The notes under the pieces were generated by a model that was given only the letters and a program-made list of their open reading frames with translations, was not told the DNA's origin and did no database searches. A stretch of DNA of 64,000 nt from Alphaproteobacteria bacterium (GTDB taxonomy: Bacteria > Pseudomonadota > Alphaproteobacteria > SHVP01): assembly GCA_016869765.1 (NCBI GenBank), contig VGES01000007.1, positions 13,708 to 77,707 on the forward strand. The letters are read 5' to 3'. How positions within the stretch are numbered: the first letter of the stretch is position 1; each line of letters begins with the position of its first letter. Of this stretch, positions 56,276 through 64,000 are shown piece by piece. The position numbers and the translations under genes are program-made.

Positions 56276-57829
56276 TCAAGATTTGGTAGGCGGCTCGTAG
56301 CCGGGGGTGGTTTTGAGGGGCGTTTCGCGCAACAGCAACGCGACCACCGTGGAGAAGACGGCGAGACCGGTGACGACCCAGAACGCGTCGTGAAAAGCCT
56401 CCGTCGCGGCCAAACGAAACGCATCGTGCGCCGAGGCGGGAAGACGGCCGAGGATCTCGCTGCCGTTGCGTATGACCTGGAAACCAGCGTCCGCGCCAAA
56501 GGCTTCGCGGCCCGGCACGCGCCGCAGTGCCGAGTCGAGGCTGGTCACCAAAACGGTGCTCACGAGCGGTACGCCAAGCGCCCCACCCATCGAGCGAAAG
56601 AACGAGATCGATGCCGTTGCCGTTCCCAGGTCGCGGGAGTCGACGGCATTCTGGACCGCGACCATGATCGTGGGGCCGATCAGGCCCGATCCGAAACCGC
56701 AAATTCCGATGAAGACGCTGAGCAGCCAGGCCGGGCTCGCTGGCGTGGTTTGGGTGAGCAGTCCGACCCCGAGCGCGCAGAAGATCATGCCGAGCACCGG
56801 CAGGAACTTGTAGCGGCCGGTCACGGCAGTGATGCGGCCAGCGGCGATTGCGCCGATGGTACCGGCTGCCATCAATGGGATGAGAACGATTCCCGCTTGG
56901 CTGGCGGTCATCCCGAACACCAGTTGCAGGTAGATCGGGATCAACACCAGGAGGCCGAACGCGATGGCCGACATCGTGACGTTGATGGTATTCGAGACAA
57001 TGAAGACGCGATTGCCGAACACGTGCGGCGGTAGAATGGCGTCGCGCGCCAGCCGCTCCTGAACGATGCAGCCCGCGAACAGCACGATCGTGCCAGCCGC
57101 GAGGCCGATCACCAGGGCCGAGTCCCAGGTCGCCGCCCGCCCGAGGATCGTCATGATCATGATGACGCCGGTGATGGCACCCACGATGAGGGTGGCGCCG
57201 AGGTAGTCGATGGTGTGACGAACGCGGCGAACGACCAGTGCCCCGAGCGTTCGCTCCGCCAGGTAGAGCGCGCCGAGGGCGATCGGAACATTGATCAGGA
57301 AGATCCAGTGCCAGCTCAGGTAGTCGACGAACAAACCGCCGACAATCGGACCAAGGACGCTGGCCATCGTGAATGCCGTCGCGATGTAGATCTGATAGCG
57401 GCCTCGCTCACGGGGCGAAATGACGTCCGCGATGGTGGCGTGGGCCATGGTCATGAGACCGGCGCCGCCAATTCCTTGGAGGGCCCGGAAAGCGATCATC
57501 TGCAGCATGCTGTCGGCGAGGGCGCAGAGCACCGAAGCGATCAAGAAGATGATGATCGCCACCTGTAGCAGCAGCTTGCGTCCGTAGAGATCCGACAGTT
57601 TCCCGTAGATCGGAGTCGACGCCGTCGAGGTCAGCAAGTAGGCCGAGATGACCCAAGGCAACAGCTCGACGCCGTGCAGGTCCGAGGCGATGGTGGGGAG
57701 TGCGACCGCGACGATGGTTTGATCGAGCGCCGACAGGAATAGGCCAAGCATCAAACCCACCAGGATGCGCACAGTCGCTCGGTGGGAAAACGCAGTCTGG
57801 CTCGAATCCGGCTGGGACACGCTCAACAC
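56276..57829 (-). CDS. MFS transporter, DHA2 (EmrB/QacA, 14-TM) drug:H+ antiporter family
   Basis: LDQTIVAVALPTIASDLHG is motif A of the DHA2 family. About 14 TM segments. Confidence 0.8.
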   Translation of the reverse strand: MLSVSQPDSSQTAFSHRATVRILVGLMLGLFLSALDQTIVAVALPTIASDLHGVELLPWVISAYLLTSTASTPIYGKLSDLYGRKLLLQVAIIIFLIASVLCALADSMLQMIAFRALQGIGGAGLMTMAHATIADVISPRERGRYQIYIATAFTMASVLGPIVGGLFVDYLSWHWIFLINVPIALGALYLAERTLGALVVRRVRHTIDYLGATLIVGAITGVIMIMTILGRAATWDSALVIGLAAGTIVLFAGCIVQERLARDAILPPHVFGNRVFIVSNTINVTMSAIAFGLLVLIPIYLQLVFGMTASQAGIVLIPLMAAGTIGAIAAGRITAVTGRYKFLPVLGMIFCALGVGLLTQTTPASPAWLLSVFIGICGFGSGLIGPTIMVAVQNAVDSRDLGTATASISFFRSMGGALGVPLVSTVLVTSLDSALRRVPGREAFGADAGFQVIRNGSEILGRLPASAHDAFRLAATEAFHDAFWVVTGLAVFSTVVALLLRETPLKTTPGYEPPTKS

Positions 57830-57938
57830 GGCCGGCGATGCGTCGACGGCTCAGGTAGGGACAAAGGCGTTCGAACCTTAACGGTTCAATAGTCTCGCGT
57901 CCTCTGTCAAACTTGCATGGCAGATCGGAGGGGGTGTC

Positions 57939-58352
57939 GTGGCAGGGCAGTGGGACGCGTTTCTGGCCGGGGCCCCGGTGGCGGTCAGCCACTTCGCGAT
58001 CACGCTCGCGCTCCTGACGCTGGGCGTTGCAGCCTATGTCGCGATCACGCCCCACCGGGAGTTGCAGTTGATCCGCGCTGGGAATAGCGCGGCTGCCTTG
58101 TCCCTGGCCGGCGTCGTGGTCAGCTTGGCGTTGCCGCTGTCGGTCAGCATGTCGGAAAGCCTGGGTCTGCTGGAGATCGTGCTCTGGGGCCTCGCCGCGT
58201 TGGTCGGGCAAATCTTCGTGTTCTGGGTGCTCGACAAGTTGCTCCGCAACCTGCCCAAGCGGATCGAACAAGGGGATATGGCGGCGGCGATTGCCCTGTG
58301 TGGCGCCAAACTGGCGATCGGCATCGTCGGTGCCGCCGCGCTCACCAACTGA
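57939..58352 (+). CDS. DUF350-like small membrane protein
   Basis: 137 aa with four predicted TM helices. No catalytic motifs. Confidence 0.4.
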   Translation: MAGQWDAFLAGAPVAVSHFAITLALLTLGVAAYVAITPHRELQLIRAGNSAAALSLAGVVVSLALPLSVSMSESLGLLEIVLWGLAALVGQIFVFWVLDKLLRNLPKRIEQGDMAAAIALCGAKLAIGIVGAAALTN

Positions 58353-58364
58353 GCGGCCTGCGCC

Positions 58365-59243
58365 ATGCGGGCGCTCGACTGGATCCTGGTCATCCTGCTG
58401 TTGATCGGGATCGCATTCTTGTTCGCCAACGGGAAGGTCAACGAAGAGCCACGGCGCCCGGACGTCATTGCAATGCCCATGGCGGATCGGTTCTCCGATC
58501 GTCCGCTCTTGCCTCGTTCCGATCCACGCGATCCCGTGTTCACAGTCGAGGTGAAGCCGCGCACCGGGGATGCGACCGGAACCGCCTTTGCCATCAATCT
58601 CGCAGGGTGGTGGGTCACGGCGGCGCATGTCACCGAATCCTGCTCCGAGTTGCTGCTCGTCACCGAGCCGATTTCGCGACGGGCCGTGCGCGTCGATGGC
58701 GTCATTGAACACGATCGTGCGGATGTCGCCTTGCTGCGTTCGCGGGGTGGTGGACCGGTTTTGCCGCCGGTCGCCCGAGATCTTCGCATCGGTGAAGACG
58801 GTTTTCACGTCGGGTTCCCCCGGGGGCGGCCGGGCGATGCCCGCTCACAACTCGTGCAGCGGGGACGATGGGTTCGCGGCGAACAAACCGACGATCGGGT
58901 CTTGGCATGGGTCGAGCGCGAACGCCGCCCGGGAGAGCTCGACGCGTTGGCGGGGATGAGTGGTGGCCCGGTGCTCGATGCCCAGGGTCGTGTGGTCGGC
59001 GTCACGATCGCGACCTCGACCCGCCGTGGTTACGTTGTGAGCACGACGAACCAACCGGTCTTCGATCTGCTGGGCGAGGTCGAGGGTACCTGGGACCGCC
59101 CCGAGCGTACGCCTCTCGATGCCACGCAATTGGTCGAGGACTCGTTCGATCGAGCCGGCACGGCCCTACGCGACCAATTGTCGGTCGTCCAACTCGTGTG
59201 TCGCTATGGTCCCGGGGTCGGTCGGCGCCGTGGCCGAATCTAG
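58365..59243 (+). CDS. Trypsin-like serine peptidase (S1 family)
   Basis: His region GTAFAINLAGWWVTAAHV, Asp region, and Ser GMSGGPVLDAQGRVVGV. N-terminal membrane anchor. Confidence 0.65.
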   Translation: MRALDWILVILLLIGIAFLFANGKVNEEPRRPDVIAMPMADRFSDRPLLPRSDPRDPVFTVEVKPRTGDATGTAFAINLAGWWVTAAHVTESCSELLLVTEPISRRAVRVDGVIEHDRADVALLRSRGGGPVLPPVARDLRIGEDGFHVGFPRGRPGDARSQLVQRGRWVRGEQTDDRVLAWVERERRPGELDALAGMSGGPVLDAQGRVVGVTIATSTRRGYVVSTTNQPVFDLLGEVEGTWDRPERTPLDATQLVEDSFDRAGTALRDQLSVVQLVCRYGPGVGRRRGRI

Positions 59244-60202
59244 CCGAAGCGCCCGCGATCGTGGGGCGCCGCGAAATCATCGCTCGGACCTGACGCGACA
59301 ATCCCGGTCGGGTTGATGGTGCGATGGCTGTGATAGTAGTGCCAGCGGATGTGGTGCAGGTCGACGGTCGCAGCCACCCCCGGAAGCGCGTAGAAGTCGC
59401 GCACGTAGTTCGACAGGTTGGGATACTCGCGAATCTTGCGACGATTGCACTTGAAGTGGCCGTGGTAGACGGCATCGAAACGAATCAACGTCGGAAACAA
59501 CCGGATGTCTGCTTCGGTTACCCGCGGCCCAACCAGGTAGCGCTGCTTGGCGAGCCGATCTTCGAGTTCATCCAGGGTCTCGAATAGGGCGATAAACGCC
59601 TGTTCGTAGGCCGTTTGCGAGGTGGCAAACCCGCATCGGTAGACGCCATTGTTGACGTGGTCATAGACCTTCGCGTTCACGGCATCGATATCCCGCCGTT
59701 GCGCTTCCGGGTAGAAGTCGAACGGCGTCCGCGCCAGTCCCCGGAAGGCGCCATTGAGCATCCGGAGAATTTCCGAGGATTCGTTGTTGACGATGCGCTG
59801 GCGCTCCCGATCGTAGAGCACCGGGACCGTCACGCGCCCCGAATAGTCGGGATGAGATCGTACGTAGAGATCGCGAAGGTAAGCGAGGCCATGTTCGTGA
59901 TCCCGGGTCGCGCCGTCCCGTTCGGAGAAATGCCAGCCATCCTCGGTCATGTGCCAGTCGACGATCGACACCGGCAATACGTCGTCGAGGCCGAGCAGGG
60001 CCCGCGCGATCAGGGTGCGATGGGCCCAGGGGCAGGCAAGCGAGACATAGAGCCGGTATCGTCCGGCGACAGCCGCGTACTTGGCTCCGACGCGGTCTTC
60101 GACACTGTCGCGAATGGCCGAGGCCTTGCGTTGGAAGCTGCCGTCGCCGCTCCGTGGGATGTCCGCGTCCCGGACCCAGCGCCCGTCGAGAAGCGCGCCC
60201 AC
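59240..60202 (-). CDS. Glutathionyl-hydroquinone reductase-type GST (YqjG/ECM4, Xi class)
   Basis: RYRLYVSLACPWAHRTLIARAL (CPWA active site) and 320 aa. Confidence 0.7.
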   Translation of the reverse strand: MGALLDGRWVRDADIPRSGDGSFQRKASAIRDSVEDRVGAKYAAVAGRYRLYVSLACPWAHRTLIARALLGLDDVLPVSIVDWHMTEDGWHFSERDGATRDHEHGLAYLRDLYVRSHPDYSGRVTVPVLYDRERQRIVNNESSEILRMLNGAFRGLARTPFDFYPEAQRRDIDAVNAKVYDHVNNGVYRCGFATSQTAYEQAFIALFETLDELEDRLAKQRYLVGPRVTEADIRLFPTLIRFDAVYHGHFKCNRRKIREYPNLSNYVRDFYALPGVAATVDLHHIRWHYYHSHRTINPTGIVASGPSDDFAAPHDRGRFG

Positions 60203-60206
60203 GGGG

Positions 60207-60617
60207 TCAGACGGTGGCGCGAGCGTCGAAGCTGCGCGCGCCGGGCCCGAGAACCACGACCATCAAAAGCCCACCGGCGATCGACAGGTTCTTGAGGAAG
60301 CTTGCCATCTCCAACATCTGCATTTGGCCAGCGGGCTGTGCCCAAAACGCGTGGAACAGGAACGCGGCGACAATACAAAAGCCGGCCAGCGCCGCGGCCC
60401 CCCAACGGGCGCGGTAGCCGGCGATCACCGACAGGCCACCGAGCACTTCGACGACCACCGCACCAGCCAGAAACACGGGCGCCAAGAAGAGTCCTTTGGC
60501 CTCAATGTACTGAACGTTCATGTCCCACGTTCCCAGCTTGCCCAGGCCGCTGAGCACGAAGATGAGGCCAAGAAGGCCTCGGGCGACAAAGGGAAGGTTG
60601 TGACGAATGGAGTCCAT
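60207..60617 (-). CDS. DoxX-family membrane protein
   Basis: LPFVARGLLGLIFVLSGLGKL and four TM helices. Confidence 0.65.
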   Translation of the reverse strand: MDSIRHNLPFVARGLLGLIFVLSGLGKLGTWDMNVQYIEAKGLFLAPVFLAGAVVVEVLGGLSVIAGYRARWGAAALAGFCIVAAFLFHAFWAQPAGQMQMLEMASFLKNLSIAGGLLMVVVLGPGARSFDARATV

Positions 60618-60652
60618 CGTGAGGTCCCTGGTTCGTTGTTCTTGGACAAACG

Positions 60653-60985
60653 TTGCGTGATCGTCGCGACGTGGCGGCCTTGGAAGCGGGCCAACTCACA
60701 CTCGTTTGCGCGCGGCTGGCGTTCACCGCGGCGGCCAGTGATCGTACTCGCGCGCGCGATTCTGCTCCAGGAGTTTGGAATCGCCAAGTTACCGACGTTC
60801 ATCTTCGGCGAGGACCGGCGGGTCGGTCGGCTGCAAGCCCCTGGCCGGGAGCGTACGCCGAGGGGGTCGCTCTCTTCGCGGTCTATCCATCGCAGCGTTT
60901 CCTTGCTGCCAAGGTGCGTGTGTTCATCGACTATCTTGCCGAACGGGCCGCCGGCCTCCGTGGGACCCCGATGGATGACCCTTGA
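60653..60985 (+). pseudogene. Remnant of a LysR-type regulator (C-terminal about 100 aa only)
   Basis: GVALFAVYPSQRFLAAKVRVFIDYLAE is the classic LysR C-terminal tail. No HTH/N-terminal domain is present upstream. The first codon is an alternative-start artefact. Confidence 0.4.
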
Positions 60986-61042
60986 GTCGCGAGGACGCTC
61001 GTGTAACCTCGCAACTATGGACGGCACCCGACTCCGACGACG

Positions 61043-61675
61043 ATGACGGACACGGCCCAGCAAGAGGCCCGCGAACCGTTGGCCGAGGTCAAACCCTCGG
61101 TCGGTAACAAGTCCCCATCCCGGGACACGTTGTTGGAGGAAGGTGTGTTTCAGATTGTCGCCGAGCGGCCGGAAGATGCCGCTGCCATCGAGGCCCTGCT
61201 CGATGTCGCCTTTGGCCCCGATCGTCACCGCAAGACGTCCTATCGCTTTCGTGACGGGCTGACCCCAGCCGAGGGGCTTTCTCTGATCGCACTCGATGCC
61301 GGCACTTTTCAAGGCAGCCTGCGGTTTTGGCCGGTACAGATCGACGGTGCGAAGAAACCGTTGCTCCTGGGGCCTCTAGCAGTCGACCCGGCGCGCCGTG
61401 GGCAAGCGATTGGTGTCGCGCTCGTGCGGCGAGGTCTGCGCCTGGCGCGCCGTCTCGGCCACGATTGGGTCATCCTGATCGGCGACTATGCGTATTACAA
61501 ACGCTTCGGCTTCGTGCACGCGTTTCCGCATGGTCTGCGCTTTCCCGAGCCGGTCGACGCCCGGCGCTTTCTGGTGCGGCGGATTCCGCGCGGGCCGATC
61601 ACGGGAATCTCGGGGCTGGTGCGACGCGCTGATGGGGCGGCCGTCAGTGCCGAGGTCGTGCGGCCACCGTCCTGA
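61043..61675 (+). CDS. GNAT-family N-acetyltransferase
   Basis: AVDPARRGQAIGVALVRRGLRLARRLGHDWVIL (acetyl-CoA binding motif A). Confidence 0.65.
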   Translation: MTDTAQQEAREPLAEVKPSVGNKSPSRDTLLEEGVFQIVAERPEDAAAIEALLDVAFGPDRHRKTSYRFRDGLTPAEGLSLIALDAGTFQGSLRFWPVQIDGAKKPLLLGPLAVDPARRGQAIGVALVRRGLRLARRLGHDWVILIGDYAYYKRFGFVHAFPHGLRFPEPVDARRFLVRRIPRGPITGISGLVRRADGAAVSAEVVRPPS

Positions 61676-61681
61676 ACGCGC

Positions 61682-63760
61682 TCAGCGGCCTTCGCGATGC
61701 CAGGCCCACACGAGGCCACCGAGCAACAACAGCAGCGTGAGTAGCGCGGGCATCAGCGGCGTCTGGCGAACGCCAGTGACCACGTAACTCTCGTTGGCGA
61801 TGACGCCCATCCAGTCGCGCCCGAACGTCGTCCGACCCGCCCGTACCCGACGAACCTCCGGCACGCCCTCGTCGGCAAGCCAGGCAATTCGGCCGCCGCT
61901 TTGATCGACCAAGGGGCCGACGATGTTGCCCGTCGCGCGAACATCGGCGAACTCACGCGGGTTGATCGCGCCGACGGCGGCCACCGTCGAGCGTTGTCCA
62001 TCATCGATGCGATAGAGGCCGGATTCCTCGGCCAGGACACCACCCTGCCACTTGCCCAGGCCGGCACCGGTCATTGCCACGGCCTGTTTCTGGCCGGAGG
62101 GGGTCGTCACGGTCACTGTCGTATCGTCGTCCGACATGCTGCGGCGGGTGATGTCGATCCGGTTGCCAACGGTCACACTCCGCAGATCCTCTTCTTCGAG
62201 GTCGGGTTCTTTCATCAGCCAGTGTACGAGCCGTCGCAACAGCTCGAGTTGCGGGCCGCCGCCCTCGTAGCCCCGCGACCACAGCCAGCCATGATCCGAC
62301 AAGAACTGCGCCACACGTCCCTTGCCCGCACGGTTCAACACCAGCAGGGGCTTGTCGCCGATCCCGGACATCAACGAGGTTCCGGCCGTCAAATTGCTGT
62401 CGATCAATCGGAACCAGCGACCCCACGTCGGCGGCGCCCCCACGGCCCCGGCCCCGGCCAGGTCGCCCGACACAGGATGACGCCGCCCTTGGTCGGTCAG
62501 GGTCGGCTTGAAGCCCTGCGAGAAGACGTTTCCGGTCGGTTCCGCCGGCAACACCTTGGCGAGGGCGGTGCGATAGAGGCTGAGTGGGGTCGCGAACGCC
62601 GAACCCGCGGCTTCCAGAACGGCGCCGCCCTCCATCACGTAGTTGGCGATGTTCTCGAGATATACCGGCAGCAGGATGCCGCGACGCTTGTAGTTGTCGA
62701 AGATCACGAGATCGAACTCGCTGAGCTTGACCTCGAACAACTCGCGGGTCGGAAAAGCGATCAGCGAAAGCTCCCGCACACTCGTGCCGTCCTGTTTTTC
62801 AGGGGGGCGCAGGATCGTGAAGTGCACCAGATCCATCGATGGGTCGGACTTGAGCAGGTTGCGCCAGGCCCGCTCGCCAGCGTGGGGCTGGCCCGATACG
62901 AGCAGGACGCGTAGGCGTTCACGCACGCCGTTGACGTTGAGCGCAGCGCGGTTGTTCTGCAGCGTCAACTCGCGGGCACCCTCTTCGGCTTCGAGCTCGA
63001 CGATCGTCTGTCCGCCGTGGCTCAGGACGAACGTAAGCGTGAACGGTGCATTGACCGGAACCCGGTGAATGGTCGGGTCGCCGCCGTCGATACGCATCGT
63101 GACGCGCGCCGTCGTACGGCCCTCGTCCGGCGTGTCGACGACCCGTACCGTGACCTGCAACTCGTTGCCGACGATGCCGTAGGTCGGCGCCTTCTCGATC
63201 ACCAACCGCCGGTCGCCCTCTTGGCGGGAGCCCGTCAGCAACGCGTGGAGTGGCGCCTTGAGGCCCAGCGCTTCGAGGCGTGCCGGCGGATCGTGAATCT
63301 GTCCGTCGGTCACCAGGAACGCTCCGGCCACTTGCTCAGCCGGAATGTCGGAGAGCGCGCGTTCCAGCGCCGAAAACAAGCGCGTCCCGTCGTCGGCGGT
63401 CGTCGCGGCGCGGCTGGCCGAGCGTACCACCCGGACTTCGAGGTCACGGTAGCCGCCGAGTTGACGCTCGAGGGCGTCGACCGCGTCCTGCGCCTGCGTG
63501 CGTCGATCCCCGATGCTCTGGCTCTGGCTGTCGTCGACGACGACCACGGCAACGTCCTTGAGCGGCTGGCGTTCCTCCCGTACGAGGGCCGGATTTGCGA
63601 GCGCTAGCAGGCCGATAGCCAGCGCGATCGTGCGCCAGCCAACTCCTGTCATGCGTCGCCAGACGGCGACCAATACCAGCAGGAGCCCGACCACCGCGAG
63701 GGCGACGAGCACCCACCATGGCAGGTAAGGCGCAAAGGCGATGTCGGCAAAAACCGTCAT
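61682..63760 (-). CDS. Membrane protein with N-terminal double-transmembrane anchor (Bat/DUF4159-neighbourhood family)
   Basis: Two N-terminal TM helices followed by a 600-aa soluble region. Its start overlaps the stop of the DUF4159-like partial ORF. Confidence 0.45.
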   Translation of the reverse strand: MTVFADIAFAPYLPWWVLVALAVVGLLLVLVAVWRRMTGVGWRTIALAIGLLALANPALVREERQPLKDVAVVVVDDSQSQSIGDRRTQAQDAVDALERQLGGYRDLEVRVVRSASRAATTADDGTRLFSALERALSDIPAEQVAGAFLVTDGQIHDPPARLEALGLKAPLHALLTGSRQEGDRRLVIEKAPTYGIVGNELQVTVRVVDTPDEGRTTARVTMRIDGGDPTIHRVPVNAPFTLTFVLSHGGQTIVELEAEEGARELTLQNNRAALNVNGVRERLRVLLVSGQPHAGERAWRNLLKSDPSMDLVHFTILRPPEKQDGTSVRELSLIAFPTRELFEVKLSEFDLVIFDNYKRRGILLPVYLENIANYVMEGGAVLEAAGSAFATPLSLYRTALAKVLPAEPTGNVFSQGFKPTLTDQGRRHPVSGDLAGAGAVGAPPTWGRWFRLIDSNLTAGTSLMSGIGDKPLLVLNRAGKGRVAQFLSDHGWLWSRGYEGGGPQLELLRRLVHWLMKEPDLEEEDLRSVTVGNRIDITRRSMSDDDTTVTVTTPSGQKQAVAMTGAGLGKWQGGVLAEESGLYRIDDGQRSTVAAVGAINPREFADVRATGNIVGPLVDQSGGRIAWLADEGVPEVRRVRAGRTTFGRDWMGVIANESYVVTGVRQTPLMPALLTLLLLLGGLVWAWHREGR

Positions 63761-64000
63761 TGGCCGAGGCGCTCCAGGATGGCCGGTACGTGAACCTGGT
63801 CGGCCTTGTAGTTACCGGTGAACGCGTACATCACGAGGTTGACGCCGAAGCGATAAGCCATTTCGCGCTGTTGTGCGCCGCCGGGCACGGGCTGGGCCAT
63901 CGGCCGACCGTTGTCGTCGGTCGCCCAGGCCGCTGCCCAATCGTGCGATCCGATGATGATCGAGGATACGCCGTCGTTGGAGCCGCCGGCGTGGCGCTCC
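63757..64000 (-). CDS. Partial ORF (C-terminal end), DUF4159-like
   Basis: Hand translation of the minus strand gives ...FGVNLVMYAFTGNYKADQVHVPAILERLGQ*. Truncated by the window edge and not in the ORF track. Confidence 0.4.
   Translation of the reverse strand, partial: ERHAGGSNDGVSSIIIGSHDWAAAWATDDNGRPMAQPVPGGAQQREMAYRFGVNLVMYAFTGNYKADQVHVPAILERLGQ

Noticed and set aside
55062-56300. 412-aa plus-strand ORF
   Set aside because: Lies entirely antisense to the Kelch-repeat gene. The composition is Arg/Gly/Ala-rich, typical of a spurious high-GC antisense frame, and there are no motifs.
56009-57034. 341-aa plus-strand ORF
   Set aside because: Antisense to the DHA2 MFS transporter. Highly charged, non-protein-like.
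57408-58808. 466-aa minus-strand ORF
   Set aside because: Spans the divergent promoter and two plus-strand genes (DUF350 and S1 protease) in antisense. Extreme Arg/Asp/Gly/Gln content.
60081-61046. 321-aa plus-strand ORF and 264-aa minus-strand ORF 60518-61312
   Set aside because: Both are alternative or antisense frames over the GST, DoxX and GNAT genes. Those genes carry diagnostic motifs and the overlapping frames do not.
1-64000. Horizontal-transfer island call for the whole glycan locus
   Set aside because: No integrase, transposase, flanking direct repeats or obvious GC-content break is visible by eye. The tRNA lies outside the locus, beyond the regulator genes. This needs a compositional computation I cannot run here.

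Overview
GC-rich (about 60-65%) bacterial chromosomal window; the lineage cannot be assigned from sequence alone. Nearly the whole left 50 kb (about 1256-50481) is one giant cell-surface glycan (LPS/capsule-type) biosynthesis locus. It contains three separate NeuB-family nonulosonic-acid (NulO) synthase genes, one of them fused to a C-terminal cupin domain. It also contains three CMP-sugar cytidylyltransferase genes (two NeuA-like, one PseF/SpsF-like), a NeuC-like hydrolysing UDP-HexNAc 2-epimerase, and a PseB/FlaA1/CapE-like UDP-GlcNAc 4,6-dehydratase next to an RmlD-like 4-reductase. No aminotransferase is visible. Two large proteins carry a K-x-HP motif reminiscent of sialyl/Kdo transferases, and a third similar-sized protein of unknown function (23990-25369) lacks it. 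Around these sit an unusual set of tailoring enzymes: a B12-binding radical SAM, a SPASM radical SAM, a sulfotransferase, two PhyH-type dioxygenases, four methyltransferases, an ALS-like TPP enzyme, a 2-hydroxyacid dehydrogenase, a Gfo/Idh/MocA oxidoreductase, two FemAB-like proteins, an ABC exporter, GT1/GT2/GT-C-like glycosyltransferases, rmlB-rmlA, gmhA, waaA(kdtA) and a WecA/MraY-family initiating transferase. About 30 kb of it (31287 down to 1256) is a single minus-strand gene block with many start/stop overlaps. To the right of the locus lie a NusG-paralog plus wHTH-regulator operon and a PAS hybrid histidine kinase, separated by a tandem palindromic operator-like element. Then come tRNA-Gln(TTG), a BrnT/BrnA-like toxin-antitoxin pair with an apparently truncated toxin, and housekeeping/accessory genes: a Kelch protein, a DHA2 MFS pump, a DUF350 protein, an S1 protease, a YqjG-type GST, DoxX, a LysR fragment, a GNAT, and a double-TM membrane protein with the C-terminus of a partial DUF4159 ORF. 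The ORF track sometimes forces M onto TTG/GTG starts, so many 5' ends are approximate and several listed starts are over-extended. I see no transposases, CRISPR arrays or rRNA.
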